64,000 nucleotides of DNA, taken from assembly GCA_038496445.1 (NCBI GenBank), contig JALMLS010000079.1:62001-126000 (forward strand). Reading direction: 5' to 3'. Made by a program: the position numbers and the translations under genes. The notes under the pieces are model-generated. The model worked only from the letters and a program-made list of their open reading frames with translations. It was not told the DNA's origin and made no database searches. Of this stretch, positions 29,107 to 42,503 are shown one piece after another. Origin of the DNA: Trichosphaerium sp. ATCC 40318. Its lineage: Eukaryota; Protista; Tubulinea. Each line of letters opens with the position of its first letter. Within the stretch, counting starts at the first letter, position 1.

Positions 29107-31258
29107 ATGGCAGAAACAACAAATAGCACAACAGATCCAATAGAAGTTAATCTTACAAAAGAAAACCCTTCTTTTAGCATAGAATCTGCTTGTATGCAAT
29201 GCGGGAGCGAAAGAGGAAGAACGACGTTCCTTTACACGGAAATACCTTTTTTTCACGAGATAATAGTGTCAAACTTCGTTTGTCCAGGTACCTACGCATG
29301 GAGAAACATTGAGCGCATTAAATTTTAATTTAGACTGTGGTTGGAAAAATAATTCTGTACAAAATGCTGGAGCTATACAACTCACTGGTGTGGACATTAC
29401 GCTCACCGCTACGTGTAAAAAGGTAATTAAACTAAAATTATACGCATTCTTACCTAATCCAAATAATGTTGTTTTGTAGGATTGCGACCGCTCTATCGTC
29501 AAATCCACCACCTGTACAATAAAGCTTCCACAACTTGATTTTGAAATACCACCAGAAACACAAGGCGGCACCTTGAACACAATAGAAGGTAGGTGGCGTT
29601 GGTAGCGTTATATACGTGGGTTCATCGCGTGGTAGGTATTCTGTCACGTGCGTCAGAAGGATTAGCCAGCCTATTGGTCCGCCCAGATATAGATGCAGCA
29701 AGTAGAGAACGTATAGCCACTGTTGTTGCCAAGCTCAGAGCATATGCTGCCGCTGAAGAACCATTTACTTTCCAACTTAATGATCCCTCTGGAAATAGTT
29801 ACATAGAGAACCCGTATCCACCCACATTATTTACCAACATTTACAGTACAGTTTTGATGGCTTTCTTGTCTTTAACTCTCCAAGTTTTGCACCAGAGGCA
29901 GATCCAAACATGACTGTACTAAGGTTCAGACGCAATAAACAACAAGACGAAATGCTTGGCGTAGTGCCTGAGGATAAAACAGACCAAACAGAACAAGCCA
30001 TTAGCAACAGGTAGAGTCAATCATTAGCAGTGTCAACGAAACCGTTTTTTGGTTCTTACAAAGAATGTTACTAGAGAATTTACACGTGCTGGTTCATCCA
30101 AAGTGTCTATACTACAAACCCCAGAAGCAATTGCAGCCCTGGAAAAGAGCATCAGCACACTGTAAGCCCCATTAACTTTGTTAAAAAGAGTTGTATTTGT
30201 TGTTGACGCCATGAACAGGACGACAACTTGAAGGAAGTTTTTGAATTCCCAGGCCGTTGTATCATGTGCCACGAACCGGGTGTACAAAGAATGTTGTGTA
30301 TAAGTACGTGCGCTAGTTAGTAAGGTAAGCCATCTATCGCTCATTACTCTGTTACAGCTATCCCATACTTTAAGGATTGTATCATCATGTCATATAATTG
30401 TAATGCTTGTGGCTACAAAGACAACGAGGTCAAGTCTGCTGGTGCCATTTCAAAGAGGTGCAGTATCGATCCAATCAACCTTTAACCTGACAACGCGTAT
30501 TTAGGGGTAAACGTGTAACATTGCGCGTTACAAAACCAGTCGACCTCGCCAGAGATGTATTGAAGGTATGTATTCGATTGTTCACTCTTGTGCATTGTTT
30601 GTTAACTTGAAACAATGGTAGTCTGAAACAGCCGCAATACATATTCCGGAGATAGATCTGCGAGTGGCACCTGGTGCACACGTACGTCACTTTGTAGTTT
30701 ATAAACTAGTGACTGTGGTCTGCAACAAACCACCAGGTCTCACATTTTTTGTAGGGAGGAAAATTCACAACAGTTGAAGGTTTAATCGCTTCTGTTAGTA
30801 ACAATCTAGCCAACAGTCCCTTTATTACGGGTGATAGCGCACAAAAAGATCAAAAGGACAAATTTCACTCATTCATTGATAAGTTGCGCCGCGTACGTGC
30901 ACAATATTTCGAATTAGCAGCCTTCTTTTCCTCAACTACCTCACACCAACACCACTCGCATAGTTTCAAAAACTAGAATCCCCATGGACATTAGTAATGC
31001 ACGACCCAATGGCCAACAGTTACGTTCAAAACATAAAGTACCCAGAGAAGGATGAAGCGCTTGAAGTCATGGAATATGAGCGTACACAGCAAGAAAATGA
31101 TGTACGTGCAAATCCAATCGGCAAAGCCAAATCGTAGTGCAGTTATTGCTTGCTCACTTTTTAAAAACTAGGAACTCGGTATCTCCGATATGAACACAGA
31201 AAATTATATGGAGCCGGAAACAAAGGCAAATAAAGATCAAGACACTGATAAAAAATAA
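29107..31258 (+). CDS. ZPR1: Zinc finger protein ZPR1
   Basis: IESACMQCG...[35 protein letters not shown], second module CVSCHEPG...[46 protein letters not shown]. Confidence 0.93.
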
Positions 31259-31919
31259 AGAGGCGTATCACGTGCTGGATAGACCAATTTCCCTCAAAAA
31301 AAAATAGAAAAAAAGAACAAACTGAATAAAAATCCGATTCACGGTGACGTTTGTCGTGGTTCGCGACTAGAAGAACAATGCGTTTCTATTTTGCGCCGTT
31401 TAAGCGTGACATTGTTTTGTCTCTCGTGTAGCATACCAAATTTCCTAACTAAGACTACTCGACTTTATGATGCTGTACGGTGCGTTGTGCGCGGCTTGAT
31501 TTGTTTGTGTGTTTTTACAAGCAATCTTATTTTAAATCACACAGTTTTTACAAACTGCCAGCATATTCTTGAGCGACACAGCAACTTGCGAAAGGTGAGT
31601 GATTCAGTTTGAAATAGATTTGCCCGTGGTGGCTACAGCGCGTAGACATTTTAGCGGCAGGCCAGAACATTTTGAACACATTTCAAGCTTTTACTGCAGG
31701 CGTCAATACCCCGCCGAGCCACCACAGCCAAAAAATGAAGCTCCATTTACCATATTTCTATAATTTCGTACTAAAAACGTGCTCAACAGTTTTTTAACTT
31801 TTCACGCCTCTCAATACTTTACTACGTACGCTTCGCGCTCATTTTATGGCCCGCGGGCGTTAATTGTGAATTTGGTTTGACTCATTTATTTTAACTTTTT
31901 AATGGCGTAGGTGTAAACT

Positions 31920-34349
31920 ATGGCGAGGTACAGGCCTGAATTTCAGACAGTTGGCGTTCTTGCTACACGCAGACTATGGATGCAGCATTACAGCCAATTT
32001 ATGGCTCTCAAGGGCAAGTCAATCTCCAAAATACCTGTAATGGGGTACAAAGAACTCGATCTGTACCGGTTGTACCAAGAAGTCATTTCTTATGGCGGTT
32101 TTCAAGAGGTACGCGCTGATCTGTTAAAATGTTGTTCATGCCAAGAAATTTCACGCACACTCCTCACCACTGCATTTTTATGTGGCATTTGAAAAGAAAT
32201 AAAAGGGTGTACATGCCAAACATTTACCCTTTTTCAAAACCAAATGTTGTTATTTGTGTCACAGCGAAGCGTGCACGCACAAATTCATCCTTTAATTTTT
32301 TTTTGACGCCAGTCGCGTGAAATGACCTTTGTTGCGAAAACGTTTTGGCGTCGTTGATGTCATAAAAATGTCATTTTTACAATGCGCTAGTGCACGAAAA
32401 AAAAATCCCTAAACCACCAACTTTACACCAAACTTTTTTGTTTCGTCATCCTTTTGTATCTACTGTTGTACAATACTCACAAAATACAAAATTTTTCTGT
32501 GTACAGACTTCCATTTTTTGAACGCCGTTTTGTTTTATTGACTGGTTGGTACAAGGTTGTTGATAATGTTGGCACATGGAGTAAAATTTGGAAAAGCTTA
32601 CCGAACTATGATCCATCCATTACGGACTCTTCGTATCGTCTAAAAAAGAACTATGAAAAGTTCTTATACGACTACGAGAACAACTTTTTCGACTACGAGA
32701 AACGTCAACCGAGAGGTGATCTCAACCTACCAAAACTAGAGTACGTCACTACTTCAACACTGGATTCGCATAAAAATAAAAAATCTCCTAACTCAAAGCC
32801 TGGGTAGAGACGTTAAAGTACCACCGCCAGTAGTAACGAACGCCCAATATTCATCCAAAGCCAAAACACGAAAGCCAACAAGGCGGCCAAGAGCACGGTC
32901 TAGAACAAGTCCCACCCCTCCACCTGTCAACCCACCTGCGCAAACCGAGAACTTACCACCAACTCAAGGAAAGACGGAAGAGGACGAAGTCAAGTCAGAG
33001 GAAGAGGAGGTACCACACGCTTTAAAATAATGAGTAGATTGGCTGGAAATATCGGTTTTGCTGTTGATCTGCTTGCTCCGTTTTGTTACTTATACGTGCA
33101 TTAGTTAAAAATCCCTGACATGCCTTCGATGCCAATGAAACTGACAGATTCGTTGATACTGCTCGATCCTGGATTGGTTATACCTCGTCCACCTTATTTT
33201 GATACGCGTTTCATTTACCCTGTTGGCTTTAAAACGTACGAACATGCCACTGTTACATCTCTTTGTGAGCTCACAAACAAAATAGATCGCGGCTGTACCC
33301 ATCCATGAAAGACCCTTCAAAGAAAGTGCAATACATTTGTGAAATAACAGACATGGGCCATCAGTACGTTTAAATGATACTTCTCCGTTGATTTATGCAT
33401 TCGGCGAGTCACTGCTAACTTTGGCTCTTCAATAGGCCTGTGTTCACTATAGCTCCTAAAGATGCTCCTGAAGAGGTTGTGGTGAATAGATTAACACCCG
33501 GAGAATGCTGGCAGGTGGTCAGAGAGCGCATCCAGGCGGCAGGGTATGTGTTTCAAACCAACAATTTATTGGATGGTGTTGCTTACAAAGATGCTCTTTA
33601 AATTTTCTAATAACAAGTGATAGAGGAACGCCAGATGCCACACCAGGAACAGCTCTATTCGGATTAGAGCATCCTGAAGTACAGAAACTGTTGCAACGCA
33701 TGTTACAATACACGCAAGACACACTTGTTAGGTACGTATGGTTTATCGCTTGCTGGGCTGTCCCGTTGATAATGTAACGTAATTTTCAGGCTTCCAAAGA
33801 AACGACGTTACAATAAGCGACAGCGAAAAAACAATGGAAAATTTTATGCTGAGGGCTATACGTCCGTCAAGCGCATGAGACTCGATATAGAGAAGCATCA
33901 CAAGTACGTGGATGGGACATATTAGATAGCCTCGAGCCTTACTAGCACTTGCTAACACACGTGGTAGAGCTACTGACGGATTTGTGGACCCTCTCGAAGC
34001 TGATGCTAATGTCATTGGTACGCAGCTAAGGGTACCATGAAATTGTAGCTAAATCTTCGTCAATAGGTAAAGACGCTTTGGGGCCTACGGCACCTATCCT
34101 CCCAAACTTACCGTCTCCTCCACCTCCTCACAATCCTGTTTTTATCACACCTCCACCGGCACGTGCAAATTTACTATATTGTGGCATATCACTATAAATT
34201 TTGTTTATTGTTTACTTCAGGGAGGCGCACCAGTGTATCAAAACTACGGTGTACCAACGATGCCAAAAGACAACAATCCTTACTACTTCGACTTTCTCTT
34301 TTTGTATAATTTATTTTCGCAAAAGGGATACACCAATCCATCCGTGTAA
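31920..34349 (+). CDS. ARID-domain plus FYRN/FYRC-domain nuclear protein
   Basis: KIPVMGYKELDLYRLYQEVISYGGFQEV...WSKIW...LKKNYEKFLYDYE (ARID); FIYPVGFK...YICEITD...TPGECWQVV...GTALFGLEHPEVQKLL (FYR). Confidence 0.85.
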
Positions 34350-34476
34350 CGCCATAGTGTGCGGACTGTACTTTATGTAAAACTGCAAAAAAAAACCTTC
34401 TGTAACAAAAAAAAAGCAAAAAAACGAAATTAGCTAAAATCGTCAACTGTATTCAACTTCTCTTGCATCACAAACA

Positions 34477-34991
34477 ATGTTACCAGTACAAGGCGCTACG
34501 CGTTGGAGTGCGCAAACACTTGCCAAATACGCCAGTGTAAATGCTAGGCAATTTGGCTACTCACAACAGAGCTTTTGCGCTACCAGACAACTGTTGGCTG
34601 GACAAACAATCGAGAGAGCTACTACAGCTGGTCACAGTTGGCAACATCTTTTAAGAAACAAGTATTTAATGATTTGTCTAATTCTATCGTATTTATACTC
34701 TATAGACCTCTCAAGGAACTAGTAGGACCTATTTGCGTCTTAACTTTTATATTTGCTTCCCAGGCCATCATTCGCTACGTTCATTCATGTACGTACTCTA
34801 TTATCGTGTGACAGATCGAAAAAGAGCTAATTAGAGCTTGTAGCTACTCTCGTGATGGACAATGTTATAATGCCAAACAGTACGTTATACTTTTATAAAC
34901 AATGACGTATTTAACCGCTTTAGGGGATATTTGGATTAAAGCGCCTGTTCTTCACATGCCACGAAAGAAACTTGAAAGAGCAGAACAATAG
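34477..34991 (+). CDS. Small single-pass protein with presequence-like N-terminus (putative mitochondrial)
   Basis: Four exons; R/S/A/Q-rich N-terminus with few acidic residues; hydrophobic LVGPICVLTFIFASQAII. Confidence 0.5.
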
Positions 34992-35174
34992 TCTCATTAA
35001 TCGTTCCATTTTTATCGTAACCGCATTATATTCACACTGTACAACGCCTCTGAGCCATTTCAACTTGTAATGTATGACAGACAACCAACACTGCTTAAGT
35101 ATTTTAAGATTTTAGTAAATTCTTTTTCAATAAAACAAAGCTCCGAGCAACCTTTACCCGCAAATCCAAAAAAC

Positions 35175-36047
35175 ATGGTACCCTTTTAATCAATACGTTG
35201 ACATGAGTGCTTTACGCCTATAAAAAGAGGTGTATTGATAAAATAACTACAAAACCCGTTACAACTCTTGCTCTACGCGCGTATATATGTTTGTTGCTAA
35301 AAGCGAGTAGAGTACATCAGCAAAAGACAGTTTGACCGAAGAACAAAAAGCAGAGTTCAGAGAGGCGTTCAACCTATTCGACAAAGACTGTGATGGTGCG
35401 TTTTGCATCAGTTTCGCTGATCCACTCAAGATCTTGCAGGTAGCATCACAACGAAGGAATTGGGCACCGTTATGAGGTCCCTCGGCCAAAAACCAACTGA
35501 CAGTCAGCTCGTGGACATGATTAACGAGGTTGATGTTGACGGTATGCAAAACTATTTTTGTTCGTTGCAACTCCGTTTTTTTTTCGGTCTCTCACGTTAT
35601 TAATGGCGTGTCCGCGTAAAAATGGCGTATTATTGGAACTAGTCTGTTGCGAGAAATAAAAAGCTTATTACCATTGTAGGTGACGGACAAATCGACTTTG
35701 AAGAGTTTTTGGAGATGATGGCAAAAAAAATGAAGGACGTAGACACCGATCACGAAATTCGTGAAGCCTTTAATGTCTTTGATAAAGACGGAAACGGTTA
35801 CATTGATGCCTCTGAATTACGTAGCGTTATGTTGAGTCTTGGAGAGAAATTATCTGACGAAGAGGTAGGAACCACTATCCCAACCTTTTAATTTTTTTTA
35901 TGGTTGCAAACCAACAAAGCAAAACCGTTTTTAACACTGCTGGTGATTTAGGTAAATCAAATGATCAAGGAAGCCGATAATGACGGTGATGGTAAAGTAG
36001 ATTTCCAAGAGTTCCAAAAAATGATGGGCGTCATGGGTATGAAGTAG
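35175..36047 (+). CDS. Calmodulin / calmodulin-like protein (4 EF hands)
   Basis: [38 protein letters not shown]...[22 protein letters not shown]...[15 protein letters not shown]; intron directly after the ATG. Confidence 0.93.
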
Positions 36048-36292
36048 AGTAACTCAACCTGTTTGTAATTAAAATAAATCAACAAAAACTTTCCGAATCC
36101 AACAAAAAACCCACAAAAACAGACCAAGCCGTGAACGGATGATGCGAGTCATGACCTGTCTTAGCACTTATGAATGTACCACTACAACTATGTTGATACA
36201 GTAACCGTGAAGCAGTGTTTGTAAAGTAAAAACCAACAAGATTTACTGCGATTGACCGATAGAGGACACATTGTGACATTTGATGCCGTCAA

Positions 36293-36650
36293 ATGATACA
36301 TAACACTTGCTTTCTGTTTGTCTGCTGTTTGACGGCGTGTTTGGCGATAAATGGGACTACTGGTAACATCACACAGCCAACAGGTTCCAAATTTTGTATT
36401 ACTTGGGCTTTTCTCTCATGACATGCGTGTAGGTTGGGAGTACTTTAATCCTACACCCCCAAAACGTATTGATGGTACAATTTATTACACTATGTCATAA
36501 TTTGACCCCTATGTAGCATACGGCGGTGTATTTCTAGGGATAGCGTGCGCAACAGCTCTTCTTGGCTCTATTGTATTCTGCAAGTTTATTTACATTACTT
36601 GGAGCGCCTCACCGCAACAACCATATGGTAGACGCCGCACAATGACCTAA
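36293..36650 (+). CDS. Small (~85 aa) type I membrane protein, absent from the ORF track
   Basis: Three exons: signal-like MIHNTCFLFVCCLTACLA, N-glycosylation sequons NGT/NIT, TM GVFLGIACATALLGSIVFCKFIYI. Confidence 0.55.
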
Positions 36651-36739
36651 TACTAGGTTTGAACAAAGTTGACATCGTTGTAACATAAAAAAAATTAGCA
36701 ATCCAGAAAACATCCACGCCTTTTTTGTGCCACAACTGT

Positions 36740-38308
36740 ATGGCGATCAAACACCTCTTGTTCATTTCCCTTATGTTTGGCGTTGCCTTCAGCGCCAATC
36801 CAACCTTACCAGAAGGGTTTCCGCCGTCGTTTCAAACCTCGGTTCGCTGCGCACGTGATATTCTCGTACTAACTTACACGTGCGTCTAGGTATCCGTTGC
36901 TGTCAATAATGGCACCACCTTGCTTTTTTCCAGAGTGGAGATAATACAGGTGAATGCTGGAACAACGGAAGCTTGTAGGTACGATGATTAGTGCCAAATC
37001 AATACTTTTTATTTCTGAACTAATGTTCGGCGTATTCTTAACACCCATCTTTTGATGTTGGGTCTAATGAGCATTCAATTAGATGGAACCAACGAAATCC
37101 ACATGATCCAGGCGAAACCAAACCCGTTGACTATTGTAATTACACGTCAGGATTACACTTCCATCTCACTGATGGCGACAATAGTGGCACTTGTGCCATG
37201 TCATTCGCTAGTAGTACTGCATCAACTGCATCTCGATTGACCGTGAACTAATGAATTATTTTTAGAAGGTACGCCACAGATCATATTCCCTCCAGAAGTC
37301 ATAGCAAACGCCTTGTACACTGGCACTCAAAAGGCACGTGTTCATTCACTAATAAAAATTGACAGCTTCAAAATCACACAGTTTCCTGGTGATATCATAT
37401 GTGACGTTTTCTTCGCGCCTGCTGTAACCGTCAATGAAACATTGCAGAACGTGCAGATCATGATTGTACAAGGTAACAATACAAATATTCAGACAGCCAA
37501 AAGGCAACTAACGTATGTCTGTTAGGTACCAATAATCCATACTACATATCCATTGTCGATTCGGCAAGCGGCATTGAAGCTTCTTGGGTACTCAATTACC
37601 AGTTTGTACTCTCACTAATTACTGCAGTAGACATTTTCAGACTTCTCGTGAGTAGTTTTAATTGGCTCAACAAATCTGTGTAAGCCTTAGAATCGCTTAC
37701 ACCTGTTAGAACGACTCCAAGCAACCCACCACATGCTTGCATTATACCACCGGCCTTGTGCAAGGCGCAAGTGTACGTGTGTAAAATCAAAGCCACGGTG
37801 AACGCTACACAACTTCAAGCAGGGCTGGATTGGGTATGTTCTAAAGGTGGTATCGATTGCGGGCACGTGCAATACTACTTGATTGATAACGCTAACAATG
37901 TAGTTTTAGGCCAATAAATCAAGGTGGATCACACTACTACCCGAACACATTGAGTTAGTACCATCATCTTTCACGTTAATAAATACATCTCACTCTCAAT
38001 ATCGTTTAGCTGCGCACTGTAATTGGGCGTTCAATACGTACTACCAGGGTAAGTAATACAAAGTGTAGCCTCCTGTTAATGTAACAATTCACCTAGCGAA
38101 CAAGAAAACACAAGGCGATGCGGCGTGTAGCTTTGGTAATATAGCTAGATTGGTGCCACCATTGGCTGATCACAGCATCACGATAGGCAGGCAACAAGGC
38201 ACGAGCATAACTCCACAAAAGTATCGGCTAAGTGTTTTATTACTAGAACAACTTACTGGGAATTTGTTTCTGCCTTTAGAACTTACCTGTCCATGGGCAA
38301 CCACGTGA
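36740..38308 (+). CDS. Secreted protein with C-terminal X8 (CBM43) domain
   Basis: Signal peptide; CKIKATVNATQLQAGLDWVCSKGGIDCGPINQGGSHYYPNTL..HCNWAFNTYYQ...ACSFGNIA fits X8. Confidence 0.8.
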
Positions 38309-38497
38309 TTTAACTCATGTACTTTTTTTTAATCCGCCTTATTGTTTGGAAATACACAATAAAATTCTTTTTTCATGGCAAGAAAGAGAGTCTTGTTGCT
38401 TTATTTGAACAAGGAGGTTAAAACCATCGAAACGCCAAGATCTCTGGTAAAGTTCATTAAAATGACGTTGTTGACAGATATTTTAGCTTGTGACAGT

Positions 38498-40142
38498 TTA
38501 TCTGTAGCGTGTAGTTTTATTCCACAAATCTGGGTTGTCTGCAGGAAAATGGTCAGTTCAAAAAGTCAACTAAACAGAAAATGTATACGCACCACCGAGT
38601 GCCTTTTTGACAGCCTCGCTGCTCTCGTTCAACTGACCCAATGTCTCCTTGTCCAGTACAATCTTGACTGCGTCACAGTTAGCACCAATGTGCTCTGCGC
38701 GACTAGCTCCTGCGATCACTGAAATGACGTTGTCTTGAGCGAGTACCCAAGCGAGAGCTACTTGCGACATGGTTTTTCCAAGTTTCTCAGCGACCTATAA
38801 ACATGATAGTAAATAACTGTACATGGTACTGTAGTTTCGAGCGGCATTTACCTCCTTCAATTTAGCGATGCATGAAAACAGTTCCTTCTCGCAGCCAGAT
38901 TCCTCGTGGCGGCACATTGGTGATCTTGACTTGTCGAAATGACGAGATCTGCATAATCCAGGGTTCTTGATGGCATCTTCTACACTTGTGTACTTGCCAG
39001 TCAACAGACCTTAAAATTCAAACTTGTTAGCTGTAATTCTTCTCGTTTTTTTTTGTGGCGGTGTAGCAGCCATACCTTGGCCAAGGGGACTGTACGCGAG
39101 GATGCCAATATTGTTCTTTTTGTTTTCATCCATGATTGGACCTTCGATTGTACGTGTCACCAAGTTATAGATCAGTTGGTTCGAAACAATGGTCGTTCCA
39201 GTGGCAGCAGCATCGCGTGTATCCAGAACGCCTAGGGAGACACTTTAGAAACAACGACAAATGGAAAGCAAGCAGAATAATTCTAATGAAAAGGCAGATG
39301 CGATTGTGAGCCGTACCAAAGTTAGAGACGCCTATTGCCTTGATCTTGCCTTGCTCTTGTAATTTTTTAAGTGTAGCCATGGTGTCCTTGATAGGTACGC
39401 TGTGGTTTGGCCAGTGCACTTGGTACAAGTCGAGGTAGTCGGTGTCTAAAAAGAGTGTAAATTAGTTGCACGTGCTTCTACCATTGCTTTATTTGTTGTT
39501 TGTTCCCAATCTCATGGACGCGTACCCAAATTTTTTAATGTTCTACCAATAGCTTCTTCTATTTTGGCAGGTTCTAGGTTAGAGTCGTTGACTTTACTGG
39601 CAATGACATATTCGCTACGTTTCTTTCCACTTTTCTTCAAAGCGACGCCTAGTGCGCGTTCGGATTCGCCCTTTTGGTAGAAGTGTTTGTAGTTGTAAAG
39701 GACATGGAAAGGGCCTTTGCAATGTTTTGTGCGCTTTTGTACACGCATTCAAAAATACGTACATTGCCGTAGCCCTCCGCAGTATCAAAAAAGTTAATGC
39801 CTAAAAATGATTATCAAAAGTTTTTCTGTAGATTGTCGTCAAGTTACGTTTTTACGCTCTCAAAATCGTTTGGGCAGCTTTTAGCCTACAGAACTGACAA
39901 AATATAGCGCGTACCATTCTCAAAGGCGGTCTTTACAATCTTACATTGAACTTCCTCTGTTTGCTTGGCGTAAGTGCCCTAAAAAACAGTTAACAAGTAA
40001 TCCACGCGCCATTCACTGTACTGTAGGATCACCTGAGTATGTGTTAAACTAAATACGTTGTAGTTAACGTACTAAATTGCCATGTTCCTAAACAGACGCG
40101 AGAGACCTTTGGCACACCTTCTGCTAGCACTACGTATTGCAT
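38498..40142 (-). CDS. Aldo/keto reductase
   Basis: VSRVCLGTWQ, GINFFDTAEGYG, YVIASK, TDYLDLYQVHWP, GKIKAIGVSNF, ILAYSPLGQGLLTGKY, MSQVALAWVL. Confidence 0.93.
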
Positions 40143-40223
40143 TTCTCGTTGAGTGAGTACGTGTATGTTAAGTAGGATGTTTTTTTGTGAGAAAACTTGA
40201 ACCATGCCTTAAGCGCAGCACGA

Positions 40224-41596
40224 ATGAGCACAACGAACCTTTCAACGACGTCCATATACAATATGCTTACAAGGAAAAAGCGACGAGGCCGTAGGAACCG
40301 TAGAACGCTTGGAAATCTTCGTATGCTAACTGAAGATATTTTTTACATGGTATTTGAATTTTTAACACCTGGTGACATGGTTTCTTTGGCTCTTGGTGCG
40401 CGAAAATTCATTTGACATTACTGTCGCTTTCTACATGTTCCAAGCAATCGTATTTCAACGTTTTACTAACCGCAACGCTTGCTGGTACAGTGAATAGAAC
40501 TTTGCGTGACCTCTCGAATTGGGAAACAACATGGCATGTATTACACGATCGTGAGTTTTGGTACCACAATCATACCTTTCCTGAACAGCTCGCTGGGAAA
40601 ATAAACTGGAAATATTGTTATTCAGAGTGTACTCAACAAGGTACTAACTACACTTAACGGTCTGAACCGTTCAGGCCGTCACCATTGACACTCTCCTAGA
40701 GAGAGGGCGGGTGCAGGTCAATAAAGTGCTGACAGAAACAGAAGACAGACTGAGCAGTGTAAAAGGATTCTTCAGCAAGCTATTGGGCGAAAGAGAATCA
40801 GGAGGTGTGCCATTAATTTTAAAGTCTTTGTTCTTTTTATTGAATGACACTTACACAACCATAAAAAGGTCTAGAATGGCACTGCAGTTATGCACCTATA
40901 AAGATGCGTATTGCGATCATTGGACAATACGCTGCAGGTAACCCATTTTGTCCCACTACCTGACAATCTTACATCCTTTTCAACATCTTCTTATTATTAC
41001 CATAGGTAAGACGTCTCTGGTGCAAAGGTTGGTATACAATTCATTCGATGCAGAGTATAATATAACAATGGGGTAAAAACTCTTTGAACCACGTGTACCA
41101 AAAAACCTTTAGCTTATTTTTTTTTTCGTTGCTAGTTTCTTGGTTTTCAAGACAAAGGTTCGTGTTGGTGATAAGGTGGTCTCACTGCACATCCACGATG
41201 CCTCTGGCCAAGAACGTTATGCTGCACTTCTAGCTAGACTAGCTACAACAGTAGATCATACTATACTGGTGTATGACATTACTAGCAAGGTACACTTTTT
41301 CAAGTTATTTCAAGGTTTAACTTACGTACGCATAGGACTCTTTGGACACCTTAAAAGTGCGACTGGAAGACCAAAGAAGCAAGAAGGCAGTATCTATCAT
41401 TGGCACAAAATCAGATATGGAATGTAGACGTAAACTGATAAAGGCTGACATGGAGAACTATGCAAAGGACGCAGGTGTTCAATACCTTGGCGAGTCTAGC
41501 GCAAAGGACAATATTAACGTCACAGAAGCTTTTCAGACTATTTGTGCCGAGCACTTACGAAAATGTGAGCTACTGGCTAATCTCACACCATCCTAA
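40224..41596 (+). CDS. F-box domain fused to a Rab/Ras-like small GTPase domain
   Basis: LRMLTEDIFYMVFEFLTPGDMVSLALVNRTL...W (F-box); GQYAAGKTS, DASGQE, LVYDIT, GTKSD, ESSAK (G boxes). Confidence 0.8.
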
Positions 41597-41688
41597 GCCA
41601 CGTGATAAAGGCGTATAAATAATAAAGAATACACGTGATTTTGCAACTGAGCGTTTATTTTATTTTGTACATTGTAGTTATGTAACAC

Positions 41689-42336
41689 CTACGAACTATG
41701 AGATACGCCTAATCGTTCCATTTGGTGATCAGCGCCTTTCATTCTTTCACTATGTGTAGTTGTGGCTGTTGCACTCATTCCAGCAATCGCGCTCGAGTCG
41801 TCGTTTAGCTTTTCGCCAGCTGCATCAGATTCGTTGTCGTTCATCGTTTCGTCATCTGATGATGACACAGAGGAGCTACCTAGGTCATCATAGCTCTCCG
41901 AATCTAACTCATCACTGTACTCCCATGAATTCTCTGGCTGCTGGTTTTTGTTAGGTTGGATTGTAAGCTTATCGTCTTTTTTCTTCTCCTTCCTAGCTTT
42001 TAATTTTAGGAGAATCCACCCAATAAACAATATGCTCATAAAAACAGCAAGGCCAACGGCTATTACTCCTAAAAACGCAAAAATCAGCACATCACGTGAT
42101 CATGTAGTGTTGCTTTAGATTTAGAGTGACGATTTCAGGGTTTTTCGATGCAGCTTGCGTACAGAAGAGCTACAGCACGCATCAATACAATTATTTGATA
42201 AAACACGTTTTAAAACCCGTTTTTGAGGCCAACAAACAGCTGGAAGCAAATGCTACGCACGTGTCAGTTGCTCCCCTTCGGAAAGCGACTCCGATGGTGT
42301 GGTTGTGGCAGGTTGCGTAGTTGTGACGTTAGACAT
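41689..42336 (-). CDS. Small single-pass membrane protein with acidic cytosolic tail
   Basis: T/S/P-rich N-terminus, TM GVIAVGLAVFMSILFIGWILL, basic stop-transfer KLKARKEKKK, D/S-rich tail; start approximate. Confidence 0.55.
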
Positions 42337-42503
42337 ATTAACCCACTATAGAGACACAGCGTGCGTAGTTGTGAACTTGAAGCAAACAAAAGTACAAAGT
42401 TAACACAGTATTGATAAGAAAATCAGTTCCGGTTTTGGCAAGCAATTTCTGCAACTGTCAAATAATTTACTGCTCTTTTTTTTTTGTTTTACACTTTGTT
42501 TTT

